Shown piece by piece: positions 47,168 to 56,702 of a stretch of DNA of 64,000 nucleotides. Position 1 is the stretch's first letter; the number at the start of each line of letters is the position of its first letter. The stretch comes from Candidatus Blackburnbacteria bacterium (GTDB taxonomy: Bacteria > Patescibacteriota > Microgenomatia > UBA8517 > UBA10165), in contig JACPEJ010000001.1 of NCBI GenBank assembly GCA_016183565.1, positions 358,479 through 422,478 of the forward strand, read 5' to 3'. The notes under the pieces are model-generated. The model searched no databases, was not told where the DNA came from, and saw only the letters and a program-made list of their open reading frames with translations. A program made the translations under genes and the position numbers.

Positions 47168-48073
47168 CTACAAGCGGGAAACTTCCTCGGGATAGTCTGT
47201 GCAGAGATAGTCAGCTCCGGCTTGTTTGATTTGTTTGATTCTTGCCATAAGTGTAGGTAAATCTTTTGCATCTCTATGTGATTCTCCACCATAAAGTCCA
47301 GGAGAGGTTCCGTGCAGTTCGGGGGTTACAAGTGCTACGAAAAGTCCAGCGTTGTGGAGTTTTTCAAAAAATTCTGGGGTATATAGTTGCTTTGTTGTTC
47401 CATTCTCGCCTTGAGTATCCCACTCATCTCCCCATACCCCGTCAATTAGCCCTTTGGACCTTAATGCTAATGCTTCTTCCACAGATATCAGTGTGCCGCC
47501 TACAGAATCGTTGTAGCGGGCAATGTCGTAGGGGTGGGTAACAGAGGGAGCAAGCCTTATAGTTGGAAACTGTTTCTTTAGAGTTCTGGCAGTGTCTGGC
47601 TTTACATCAAAGATAATGAATTTACTAAATATGTCGGAATGTTTCGATAGTGCTTCCATAATTCTTTCGAGAGTCTCAGGGGTTTGGAAGCGTGCCTTAA
47701 GGTGCAAGGCGCTAATTGTGGAGTCGCTATTTCTTATTAAGTCCATTACTTCATCAAAGGTTGGGATTCTGCCGTTTGCAAGGGGGATTTGTGTAGTTTC
47801 GGCAGTTGTAACTTCTGCAACTGGGCGTTCATCTCTTCCACCAGTTGGCCTTTTAAGAGTGGCATCATGCATGACGATAATGCCGTCTTTTGTTGGATTT
47901 GGGTCGAATTCTATGCTGAAACCACGTTTCAGGTGGTTTTCGAAAGCCTCGAAACTGCTTTCTGAAAAAAAATTTGGCTTGCTTGGCTCAAGTCCTCTGT
48001 GGGTTATAACTCTTGCTTTGCCAATCGCTTCCTGTTCTTTTCTCTCCATGGATTTTCCTGATTCTGTGACCAC
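47168..48073 (-). CDS. glycerophosphodiester phosphodiesterase (GDPD family)
   Basis: 'VITHRGLEPSKPNFFSESSFEAFENHLKRGFSIEFDPNPTKDGIIVMHDATL' gives the GDPD HR..E..D..H signature. Elevated GC. Confidence 0.7.
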   Translation of the reverse strand: MVTESGKSMERKEQEAIGKARVITHRGLEPSKPNFFSESSFEAFENHLKRGFSIEFDPNPTKDGIIVMHDATLKRPTGGRDERPVAEVTTAETTQIPLANGRIPTFDEVMDLIRNSDSTISALHLKARFQTPETLERIMEALSKHSDIFSKFIIFDVKPDTARTLKKQFPTIRLAPSVTHPYDIARYNDSVGGTLISVEEALALRSKGLIDGVWGDEWDTQGENGTTKQLYTPEFFEKLHNAGLFVALVTPELHGTSPGLYGGESHRDAKDLPTLMARIKQIKQAGADYLCTDYPEEVSRL

Positions 48074-48234
48074 GAGGGTATTTTACCCTGTAACCATTAC
48101 TAAGTCTATCACAAACAAAGACACGTCTTTATAAGTCTTGATGGCAGCATCTTTGATTTTAAGGGTAGGTTGAAATTTCATGACATAAAATTTTAGAAAT
48201 TCATATTTATGATATTTTCGTCCACAGCAAAGGG

Positions 48235-48263
48235 TTGACAAAGTTTACGCATTGAATTAATAA
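48235..48263 (+). promoter_or_regulatory. candidate sigma70-like promoter for the 48294 membrane-protein gene, in the divergent intergenic region
   Basis: TTGACA(48235-48240), a 17-nt spacer, TAATAA(48258-48263). The 220-bp gap is AT-rich. Confidence 0.4.
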
Positions 48264-48293
48264 TGGGTTAATTTCTGAACTAATTTTTAATTT

Positions 48294-50252
48294 ATGAAAA
48301 TGGAAAAGGGCCTTCTGGCCATAATCGGGATATACACATTATTGATCCTGTTGATGTTGCCCTTAAGGGAGGTGGGCTATCATATGGACTTTGCCTATCA
48401 TCACGCTGTTGGAGATTTCCTTGAATCAGGCATTCTTAAAAACCACACAGCCGTTGTACCAAGTTTCATTTTACAAGAAGTGTGGGGAGCACTATTTAGT
48501 TATTTATTGGGATTTTCATATAAGACTCTTCATATATCAGTTATAGTTTTATTCTTCTTCGGCATAGTAGCCTTTTATAAAGCATTAAGAGAACTCAACT
48601 TAAGTGAGGTTAGGTCAGTAGTTTTTACCACCACATTGTTGGTTTTTCCACATCTTCTACGTTTTATATTCACTTTCATGACCAATATTCCTCATCTTTC
48701 TCTTCAACTGGTTTCTTTGCTTTTTGGAATTTGGGCGATAAAAAGGAACTCTTGGCGTTATGCCTTTAGCTCGAGCGCATTCGGCATGCTTGCGTTTTTA
48801 ATAAGAAATTTTAGTATCGTTTTTCCGATTTCTTTATTTATCGTGTTTGCCATAAAATCGTATTATGATAAAAAGTTTTATTTTAAACATTTACTTGCAA
48901 TTGCTATTCCTGCACTGTTTATTACTTCTGCCTATTATTACTGGCTGATTGTCGGTGACAACATTACCTCAGGGCAATATCACTTCGTATACAACAACCT
49001 AGAAGAAACTAAGCGCCATCTGTTCCCTCCAAATTTACGTGCAGTGGCAACATATTATCATTCATATATTGGCTATTACTACCGTGTTAGTCTTTTTGTT
49101 CTTCTACTCTTCACGATCCTACTACCGCTTGTCATGATGTTTAAAATTCCAAAGCTTGATACCATAAAAAGAAACAAAGGTTTTCTATTACGCACATTCT
49201 TCATAGGCTCTGTACTTTTCGCACTCATCTATATAAAGCTAATTGCAGATCATGGAATAAGACTTGAAGGAGCATACTGGCGAGTTTATCTACCATTAAT
49301 TGGACCAATCTCTTGGGGACATGCCCTCTATCGTTACGTCAGTGACAATATTTACTACGACGTGAACAATTGGGCTAGGGCGATTCTATTATTTTTATCC
49401 TACGCTACACTTCCATTGGCAATTTTTGCAGGAGGGGTAATGATTTATAAAACGCACTTGATGTTTTTCGAGTTTAAGAAAATTAGGAATTTTTTTAACA
49501 ACAAACTATTTATTGGCATTCTTGTGATTGCAGGTTTAATATTTCGAAAACAACTTGTTGAATTACTTTATGTTTATCACGAGTCTGCACGAGACGCTTT
49601 CGGGTTTTGGGTCTTCTGGACTATAATTCTTGCTGTTTTTATACATACGTTTGTATTTCGGCCTAGGAAAAAGTTAATCTCACCAGACGCTTTTTTTACT
49701 TTGTTCTTTTCATTATCTCTCGTTTTTCAATTATTTATGTTAATGATATACGACACTGGGTTAGATTTTGAGTATATGTTTCCGCTATTTCCACTTGCAA
49801 TCCTTATTTTTGCTATCGTCTTTAGAGAAGCGCCTCTCAGTCCCATACGCGCAACCATAATTACAATAGTGCTTGTTGTAATTGGATTACATTGGGCAAG
49901 GAGGGATTATCAAATACCGGGTATTTTTTGGGAAAAGTCTGTGCAAATTATTAATAACGGAATAGTTGAACCAAGAAATGTTGAGCAATTTACTTGGGCA
50001 TGGCTTCCATACTTTTATTATGAAGATGGATACAAGCTAGAATTAGCAAAAAGAGGTGGAGATAGAAAAAAAGTTTTGTTGCACACATGGAGGGAGGTGC
50101 CACATCTTGATCCAGACCTTAACAAACCATTCTTAGTTCATCAAGAGTGCAGGAAAGTTAATTGGTCTGAAGGAGATCCTAAAATTATCGATCGTACTTA
50201 CGAAAGAAGTTTATTTATAAACACGGAATTCTGCCACATAATGAAGAACTAG
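48294..50252 (+). CDS. large polytopic membrane protein of unknown function (GT-C-like candidate)
   Basis: 652 aa with about 14 hydrophobic helices and a C-terminal ~90-aa soluble tail. No recognisable soluble-enzyme motifs. Confidence 0.45.
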   Translation: MKMEKGLLAIIGIYTLLILLMLPLREVGYHMDFAYHHAVGDFLESGILKNHTAVVPSFILQEVWGALFSYLLGFSYKTLHISVIVLFFFGIVAFYKALRELNLSEVRSVVFTTTLLVFPHLLRFIFTFMTNIPHLSLQLVSLLFGIWAIKRNSWRYAFSSSAFGMLAFLIRNFSIVFPISLFIVFAIKSYYDKKFYFKHLLAIAIPALFITSAYYYWLIVGDNITSGQYHFVYNNLEETKRHLFPPNLRAVATYYHSYIGYYYRVSLFVLLLFTILLPLVMMFKIPKLDTIKRNKGFLLRTFFIGSVLFALIYIKLIADHGIRLEGAYWRVYLPLIGPISWGHALYRYVSDNIYYDVNNWARAILLFLSYATLPLAIFAGGVMIYKTHLMFFEFKKIRNFFNNKLFIGILVIAGLIFRKQLVELLYVYHESARDAFGFWVFWTIILAVFIHTFVFRPRKKLISPDAFFTLFFSLSLVFQLFMLMIYDTGLDFEYMFPLFPLAILIFAIVFREAPLSPIRATIITIVLVVIGLHWARRDYQIPGIFWEKSVQIINNGIVEPRNVEQFTWAWLPYFYYEDGYKLELAKRGGDRKKVLLHTWREVPHLDPDLNKPFLVHQECRKVNWSEGDPKIIDRTYERSLFINTEFCHIMKN

Positions 50253-50278
50253 AAACGATAGAAACCGCATTTGCAATA

Positions 50279-51085
50279 ATGAGATTAGCAAAACCCCCTA
50301 AGTTAGATGTTTCGGATTGGCAAGTACCACCTTATAAAATTAACCAATTCCGTCCCAAACGCACAGAATATTGTGTTTGTATTCCGGTCATAAATGAGGG
50401 TACGAGGTTAAAAAAACAACTGGATCGAATGCGCCCTTTTTCAAAAGATATTGACATCATAATTTCGGACAAAGGGAGTTCAGATGGCTCAACTGATCCT
50501 AAGTTTCTAAGATCTAAGAATGTGAGAGCATTAATAACCCTAACAGGGCAAGGGCGACAGGGGTCACAATTGAGAGCCGGTTCTTCATTCGCGATAAAGG
50601 ACGGTTATCAAGGCATTATTATTTTAGATGGAAATAATAAAGATGGAGTTGAGGCTATACCCAGTTTTATTAAAAAGCTAGAAGAAGGTTACGACTATAT
50701 CCAAGGGTCTCGCTTTGCCAGAGGAGGAAAACACGCGAATACCCCCATGTCACGGTTTTTAGGAATTCGATTTGTGGCATCACCATTATTAAGCCTTGCT
50801 GCAGGTTACTGGTATACAGATGTTACCAATGGCTTTCGGGGGGTAAGTAAAAAATACATACTTCACCCTCGACTTAAACCGTTTAGAGATGAGTTTGTTG
50901 GGTATGAGTTTTTGATGTATTTAACAGTCAGGGCTAAACGTTTAGGTCTTAAAACTTTGGAGATACCAGTAAACAGGGTTTACCCAAGAGGAATGACTCC
51001 TACAAAAATAGTTGGTATTAGAAACAAACTTGACATGCTTTTAAAATTATTTAAAGTAGTGCTTGGGCATTTTAATCCAAATTGA
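50279..51085 (+). CDS. GT2 polyprenyl-phosphate mannose/sugar synthase-like glycosyltransferase (DPM1-like)
   Basis: 'CVCIPVINEGTRL', 'IIISDKGSSDGS', 'IILDGNNKDG', 'IQGSRFARGG' and 'TDVTNGFRGVSKKYI' are DPM1 hallmarks. Confidence 0.7.
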   Translation: MRLAKPPKLDVSDWQVPPYKINQFRPKRTEYCVCIPVINEGTRLKKQLDRMRPFSKDIDIIISDKGSSDGSTDPKFLRSKNVRALITLTGQGRQGSQLRAGSSFAIKDGYQGIIILDGNNKDGVEAIPSFIKKLEEGYDYIQGSRFARGGKHANTPMSRFLGIRFVASPLLSLAAGYWYTDVTNGFRGVSKKYILHPRLKPFRDEFVGYEFLMYLTVRAKRLGLKTLEIPVNRVYPRGMTPTKIVGIRNKLDMLLKLFKVVLGHFNPN

Positions 51086-51086
51086 T

Positions 51087-51650
51087 ATGGCAAGAAACAT
51101 TCTGAGCTTTACTCAAAAATTCAGAAGTTCTTTGATAACAAGAACATACAAAAATTGGTTGAAAAGAAATGAGAAGGTTTTAGATGTCGGATGTGGAACT
51201 GGTGTGGTGTCAGAATATCTCGCTTCGCATTTTAACGTTACAATTACTGGTTGTGATATAAACAACCACTTGAGTAGAGATATAAAGTTTGTGAAGATGG
51301 CATATAAAGATAAGCTACCATTACCCAAAAACAGCTTTGATACTGCTATGCTTAATGATGTTTTACACCACGTAGAGTGGGATGATCAAGAAAGACTATT
51401 AAGAGAAGCGCTTCGGGTAAGCAAGAAAGTACTATTATTTGAAGTGCAACCAACTCTTGTGGGCAAGTTGTGTGATTATCTTCTCGGGAAAATTTACTAC
51501 AAGAATATGTTGATACCATTTACTTTTCGAACATCTGCGGAATGGAAAATCTTATTTAAAAAGTTACCTGTCAAGAGATTGAAAACCAAATACGTACATA
51601 GACCTTTTTTTTATCCTTTTTCACACATTGCGTTCTGTTTAGAGAAATAG
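51087..51650 (+). CDS. class I SAM-dependent methyltransferase
   Basis: 'VLDVGCGTGVVSEYLASHF' and 'AMLNDVLHHVEWDDQERLLREALRVSKKVLLFE'. ATG at 51087; the tracked ORF starts upstream at 51063 and overlaps the previous gene. Confidence 0.6.
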   Translation: MARNILSFTQKFRSSLITRTYKNWLKRNEKVLDVGCGTGVVSEYLASHFNVTITGCDINNHLSRDIKFVKMAYKDKLPLPKNSFDTAMLNDVLHHVEWDDQERLLREALRVSKKVLLFEVQPTLVGKLCDYLLGKIYYKNMLIPFTFRTSAEWKILFKKLPVKRLKTKYVHRPFFYPFSHIAFCLEK

Positions 51651-51674
51651 CCTAGCTAAGTTCAAAAGTCAAGG

Positions 51675-51704
51675 TTGCACACTTGGTGAAAATAGCCTTA
51701 TACT
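51675..51704 (+). promoter_or_regulatory. candidate sigma70-like promoter for the 51712 gene
   Basis: TTGCAC(51675-51680), a 17/18-nt spacer, TTATAC / TATACT(51698-51704). ATG at 51712, so the leader is short. Confidence 0.35.
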
Positions 51705-51711
51705 CATTCTC

Positions 51712-52971
51712 ATGTTAGATCTTTCAAGTAAACCTAGTGTTAATGGAGCAAAGCATTGGTGTGAAGAAATAAACCAGCTTTATCATCCGACAGGTGTTTT
51801 TGAACAGGATTCTCAGGACTTGGTTTATTCATTTGGAAATTTAAATTCTACGAAGTTTGTTCCTATTCTTCTTAAGGAGTGGTTTTATCTTCTTAAAAAG
51901 GATGGGTATTTAGTAGTTGATTATCTTCCAAACAAAACATGTAATTTTCAAAAACTGGAAGAACAGATGTGGTGGCTTTGGAAGATGAAGTATAACATTA
52001 TTTACCATGGGTATGTAAGTACAAAGGAACTGAAGAACAAAAAAACTGAAGGACTTATAAATTTTGTGAAGAACGCCCCGAGTCAAGCGAATCCTTCCGA
52101 GGAAGATGGCAGCTACTTTAGGTTTGTCTGCAAAAAGTTGGTGTCAACCAAGATACCAGGAGACGATATAAACAAATGGACGTTTGGTATGATAACCAAA
52201 GGCGAAAGGAATGAATGGATAGAGGAGATTATTCAGGCAATTCACAAACAAAAAGTTCCTCAGTATGAGATTATAGTATGCGGGACTTATCATGGTAGGA
52301 AAGAGAGGAATTTTATATATATTCCTTTTAAAGAAAGAGATGATAAAGGTTGGATTACAAAAAAGAAGAATTTAATTGTAAGACAAGCAAGATATGAGAA
52401 TCTTTGTATTCTGCATGACAGGATAGTCTTAGGAGATGATTGGTTTAAAGGAGTAAAAAAGTATGGCAATTGCTTTGAGCTTATGTGCGTTAAACAAACT
52501 CTTCGTGGTAGCAGCCTAAGAACAGGCGATTGGATTACTTATGGCGGGAGTACGTTAGACATGCCTTACGGGATTTCAAAGTTAGATTACGAGGATTGGG
52601 ACGAATATGTATATGTTGGGGGGATGCTTACAATTCTTAAAAAGCATATCGCTCTTGAGGCTCCTTGGGATGAAACACGTTATTGGGGAGAGTTCGAAGA
52701 TGTTGAATTAACCTTTAGACAAAGGGATTTGGGATTCCTTGCCCGATTTAATCCTTACTCATCTGTCGAGGCGTTGTCATGGAGGTTTGGCGATCTGCCT
52801 TTAAAGTATTACCCCTCAGAGGGTTTTTTGCCGAAAGACATGTTAATGCGTCGCTTAATGCGGCAGTTAAATAAGGCTCTTTTTTCTGTGTCTATCTTAA
52901 AGATGATATTTTTTCCTCTGATTAATCGACTTGTACGGTCTCGGATTTACAACTTTTTGACACAACATTAG
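51712..52971 (+). CDS. two-domain hypothetical protein: a degenerate methyltransferase-like N-terminus plus a GT-A-like C-terminal domain lacking canonical DxD
   Basis: N-terminal 'ILLKEWFYLLKKDGYLVVDY' looks like a methyltransferase post-II region but has no GxG motif I. The middle 'WTFGMITKGERNEWIEEIIQAIHKQKVPQYEIIVCGTYHG' resembles the start of a GT2 domain. Confidence 0.35.
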   Translation: MLDLSSKPSVNGAKHWCEEINQLYHPTGVFEQDSQDLVYSFGNLNSTKFVPILLKEWFYLLKKDGYLVVDYLPNKTCNFQKLEEQMWWLWKMKYNIIYHGYVSTKELKNKKTEGLINFVKNAPSQANPSEEDGSYFRFVCKKLVSTKIPGDDINKWTFGMITKGERNEWIEEIIQAIHKQKVPQYEIIVCGTYHGRKERNFIYIPFKERDDKGWITKKKNLIVRQARYENLCILHDRIVLGDDWFKGVKKYGNCFELMCVKQTLRGSSLRTGDWITYGGSTLDMPYGISKLDYEDWDEYVYVGGMLTILKKHIALEAPWDETRYWGEFEDVELTFRQRDLGFLARFNPYSSVEALSWRFGDLPLKYYPSEGFLPKDMLMRRLMRQLNKALFSVSILKMIFFPLINRLVRSRIYNFLTQH

Positions 52972-52972
52972 T

Positions 52973-53854
52973 ATGGGTGAAAAATTTGACTACGACAAGG
53001 TTTTTATGGGAGTTACCCCTGGAAAGAGAAAAGATTACCACCTTTCCGTCAAAGATGATTACCGGCTTGAGCATTTAACAGAAGCTGTTAGGGGTAAATT
53101 TGGAAAGCTTATAGATTTAGGCTGCGGTGGAGGGCTCCTTACCGAAAGTCTTGTTTATTATTATCCCAAAACGAAGATATACGGTTGCGACGTCAGTAGG
53201 ACAGCAATTTCCTATGCAAAAAAGTTTGGAAGTGGAAAAGTGGTGTACAATGTTATAAAAAGTAAGAAACTTCCGTATAAAAACAATTTTTCTGACGTTT
53301 GCATATGCTTAGACGTGTTAGAGCACGTACCGGATGTTGATTTTTTTCTTAAGGAAGTTAAAAGAATTCTCAAAAAGGATGGTAGGTTTTTTTTGATTGT
53401 TCCTTGCGAGGGACAGCCTTTTACATACACGTGGCTTTTTCAGAAAATAAAAAGAGGAGATAAGTTAACACAAAAAAACTGGGGACATATCCATCCGGAG
53501 TTTACACACAAAAACATTGAAGACCTTTTGATAAAACATGAATTTTTTATCGAGAGAAAAACTTATGGTGATCACATTTTCTATCAACTTTTTAATCTTC
53601 TTCCTTACTTCCTCGTCAAAGAAATTATGGATCTAGTTTTGGGCAAGAATGCACAAAAGTATTATGACCGTGGTATCGTTGATAGGGTGGTTAAGCAAGA
53701 AAGAAATACTGATATATTCGATTTGATTCGGGGAACATGGCTCTTTTGGGGAGGCATTTTAAGCCGAGCCATAATAAGCACCGAAATGCACCTTCTAAAA
53801 AAAGTACCTTTTACCGCTTGGAAAATATTTATATATAGTGGTATAAGTAAATAA
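52973..53854 (+). CDS. class I SAM-dependent methyltransferase
   Basis: 'LIDLGCGGGLLTESL', 'CLDVLEHVPDVDFFLKEVKRILKKDGRFFLIVP'. Confidence 0.7.
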   Translation: MGEKFDYDKVFMGVTPGKRKDYHLSVKDDYRLEHLTEAVRGKFGKLIDLGCGGGLLTESLVYYYPKTKIYGCDVSRTAISYAKKFGSGKVVYNVIKSKKLPYKNNFSDVCICLDVLEHVPDVDFFLKEVKRILKKDGRFFLIVPCEGQPFTYTWLFQKIKRGDKLTQKNWGHIHPEFTHKNIEDLLIKHEFFIERKTYGDHIFYQLFNLLPYFLVKEIMDLVLGKNAQKYYDRGIVDRVVKQERNTDIFDLIRGTWLFWGGILSRAIISTEMHLLKKVPFTAWKIFIYSGISK

Positions 53855-53856
53855 CA

Positions 53857-55428
53857 ATGCTCAAAAAGTTGTCCTCAAATACCTATATTCACATTATTTT
53901 AGTTTTTGCGGTTGCGGTCCTTGCTTTTCTTCCGACACTTAAAATGTACTTTTATATGGATGAATGGGGGAATCTATATGAGTGGACTCATAACTATGAA
54001 TATAAATACTCCGTTTTTCCAGGAGAGGTTTTTCATTTTCTTTTTAAAACTTTTGGTCTTAACGCGACAGGGTATTATGCAACTGGGCTTTTGGTCTATG
54101 CCCTCTCGGTGGTCATTTTCTATCTCTTCGTAAGTCGGTTGTTGAGAAATAAATTGTTGGGGTTTATCGCAGGTTTGGTTTATGCAACCTGTCCTATTGG
54201 GATAAATACTGTACAAATGGTATGGACATATGTAGCAGAAGGTGGCTACCCACTTACAGTTGCACTTCTAACTCTGCTTTATTTAATTGTTGGGTACTTT
54301 CAAGAAAAAAAGATTTACTATTTTATTTTGGCTGCTGTATGTTTTTTGCTTTTCTTAGAATTTGAGCCAAGGCGTGTTTTTCTATTTCTACCGCTGCTGT
54401 TTCTTTTTGATTATTTTTACAATTACAAAAAAATTATTCCTAGCGTTGGATTCTTCCTGCGGCAAGCAACATTTTTCCTTATCTTTGTTGCTTATTACAG
54501 ATACAATGTTACGTTGTCTAACATAATACTTCATAGTGGTGTGGCATTTTGGTCTGGTGCATCGACTTTTGATTGGCAGACTAAAGCAAATTTCAGCAAG
54601 GTGGCGCTCACGAGCCCAGAGCCATTAATAAGCTTAACAAACATTCTTCTTGCGGGACCTTGGATATTCCTAAGCGAACGTCTGAAAGGACATGTCGACC
54701 TTGTGGATATAAAGCAAGTCTACCAGGTTGTAGTTATAACTCTTGCTGCTGTTGTCGCGATAATTGCAATAGCCTTAAAAACTAAAAAACAGTGGGGACT
54801 ACTTTTATTATTCTCGTTGGGATGGATATACGCAAATATTTTAGGTTTTTATATCTTTAGCTCGCCTGGTGTGAATGATGCACCGCATAGATATCTGTCT
54901 CTTGCTGCTCCAGGCTATGCCCTCTTTGTTACGCTTTCCATTACTTCTTTATATGCATTTTTTGTAAGGAGGAATAAAAAAGCCAAGCCAAAACTTAAAA
55001 AGGTGTTTGCAGCTTTATTGTTTGGCATTATAGCAGTAAACTTTTTGGCAACCAAGATCAATTTCGATAAATTTAATGATTTTCATGGAACCCCTGCACG
55101 TGCATTTTATAAAGATTTAAAGAATTTTTACCCGACATTCCCGTCTGATTCTCTTATTTATTTTGAAACACCACCAAGTGCAGCGATTAAGTATAAGTTG
55201 AGCAGAATCTACGGGGGAAATAACTATGGTATTGCTGCAACCATAGCTGTTTTTTATCCTGAGAGGAAGAAGGAAGAACTCCAAGTCGTTCGTGATTATG
55301 TATTGGTCGAAAAATTTATTGGTAATGATTCAACAAAAATTGACCGCGTTTTTGCATTCTACTATGACAAGACTGGCTTGCAAAATAAAACAGAAGAAAC
55401 AAGAGCAAAATTAAGAGAGAAGATTTAA
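53857..55428 (+). CDS. polytopic membrane protein, GT-C-like (first-loop 'YMDEWGN' acidic motif)
   Basis: 523 aa with about 11 TM helices. 'LKMYFYMDEWGNLYEW' comes after TM1. C-terminal ~140-aa soluble domain. Confidence 0.4.
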   Translation: MLKKLSSNTYIHIILVFAVAVLAFLPTLKMYFYMDEWGNLYEWTHNYEYKYSVFPGEVFHFLFKTFGLNATGYYATGLLVYALSVVIFYLFVSRLLRNKLLGFIAGLVYATCPIGINTVQMVWTYVAEGGYPLTVALLTLLYLIVGYFQEKKIYYFILAAVCFLLFLEFEPRRVFLFLPLLFLFDYFYNYKKIIPSVGFFLRQATFFLIFVAYYRYNVTLSNIILHSGVAFWSGASTFDWQTKANFSKVALTSPEPLISLTNILLAGPWIFLSERLKGHVDLVDIKQVYQVVVITLAAVVAIIAIALKTKKQWGLLLLFSLGWIYANILGFYIFSSPGVNDAPHRYLSLAAPGYALFVTLSITSLYAFFVRRNKKAKPKLKKVFAALLFGIIAVNFLATKINFDKFNDFHGTPARAFYKDLKNFYPTFPSDSLIYFETPPSAAIKYKLSRIYGGNNYGIAATIAVFYPERKKEELQVVRDYVLVEKFIGNDSTKIDRVFAFYYDKTGLQNKTEETRAKLREKI

Positions 55429-55453
55429 ACTCTCGGCTTGTACATTTCTCACA

Positions 55454-56592
55454 CTACAAACCCATTTTTTTCAAGGCCTGAGAGTAGGTATTTTCCCATG
55501 TGTTGTCTGTTGCTCGTTTTATTGCGTTTTTCCGCATTTTTAAATAGGTTTTCTTGTCTTTTAATAGTTTTAATACAGCTTCAGCTTGCTCTTGGGGATT
55601 ATCTTTTGCAATTACTCCAGCCTCGTCCCTTTCAATCTCTTTTCCCAAGGGCGGTACTTGGGTTGTGATAACCGGTACACCTGCGGCAAGGTAAAGCCTT
55701 ATCTTCGTAGCATCGGCCCACCATCTGGGAGAGCCAGGTACTGCAAGATAAGGTGCAAGTCCGATTGCATACATACTTGTCTCTTTTGAGAGTTTAACTT
55801 GGTTGGATATGAAACCATGAAATATAACTTTATTGTTCAGTTTGAGTTTTTCGGTTAACTTCTTTAATCTTGTCATGTCTGGTTCGCCACTCCCGTAAAT
55901 GTGGAGTGATGTGCTGGGAATAGATTTTAACACTATTTTTAATGCTTTAATTGCAAGGTCAGGTCCGTTTATTTTGCCTAGAGTTCCCACAAAAACTAAA
56001 CTGTTGGGAATTATGCGAGATGTAGGAAGGTAATTTATTTGTTTGGGGAATAATGCATTTGGCACATGGATAACCGGTGTTGCTTTTTGAGGGTCAAGAC
56101 CAACTTTTATTCTTGCGGGCATCATGGCAAGTGAGACGTCCCAAATAAAGTCCGAGTGTGTCGCGGCATACCGATCAAGCCAAAGATAGAGGTCGTTAAA
56201 CCATTTGGGCTTGTATCTTTCTGGTGAATAGTCCGACACGTAATAAACCACTCTCCTAACTTTTCTTAGTTTTCGCAGAACAATACCTGCAAGCGCGTTG
56301 ATGGATTCCAAACCTATGAACAAGTCATATTTTTTACCTTCTAATAAAACGTACTCTAATACGGAAAAAAAATCGCGGATCTTGAAGATAACTGATGTTT
56401 CCGGTGTGTTGATAAATTTTAAAAAAGGATATAGAAGATATGAGGTTATGAAGTTTCGGGATCGTTTAATTAATTTGTTGTGTTGGTAGACCTCGAGAAA
56501 TGGGATAACGGAATCGCTTCCTGGATGTGGCTGCTCAATTAAAACAAATTTTTTGCTTTCGGAGCAAAGAACAAACTGAGAGGTTCTATCAT
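55454..56592 (-). pseudogene. GT4-family glycosyltransferase (paralog of the 33254 and 37640 genes) interrupted by a frameshift in a T6/A6 homopolymer at 56549-56554
   Basis: Tracked ORF 55454-56323 starts at 'MFIGLESINALAG', which aligns to residue ~100 of the paralogs. The same frame stays open upstream for ~90 more codons ('...KKFVLIEQPHPGSDSVIPFLEVY...VLEYVLLEGKKYDLFIGLES') with no ATG/GTG/TTG. The only ATG (56592) is in the +1 frame ('MIEPLSLFFAPKAKNLF*'). Adding one A to the A6 run would fuse the two frames into a ~379-aa protein. Confidence 0.5.
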
Positions 56593-56663
56593 GCCGTTGG
56601 TGGCTGTCCTCTCACTATTTGTTCGTACTGAGAAAGTTGCGAAGAGTATTGAACTTATTTTTT

Positions 56664-56691
56664 TTGCCATTTAAACTTCAAAGAGTATACT
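56664..56691 (+). promoter_or_regulatory. strong candidate sigma70-like promoter for the giant membrane-protein gene
   Basis: TTGCCA(56664-56669), a 16-nt spacer, TATACT(56686-56691), with an upstream T8 tract. ATG 56703 lies 11 nt downstream, so the mRNA is leaderless or has a very short leader. Confidence 0.45.
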
Positions 56692-56702
56692 TCAAGTATA
56701 TT

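Noticed and set aside
56298-56489. A + strand 63-aa ORF between the GT4 fragment and the giant membrane-protein gene.
   Set aside because: It overlaps, antisense, the still-open N-terminal reading frame of the frameshifted GT4 gene, whose translation is paralog-like. It is a shadow ORF.
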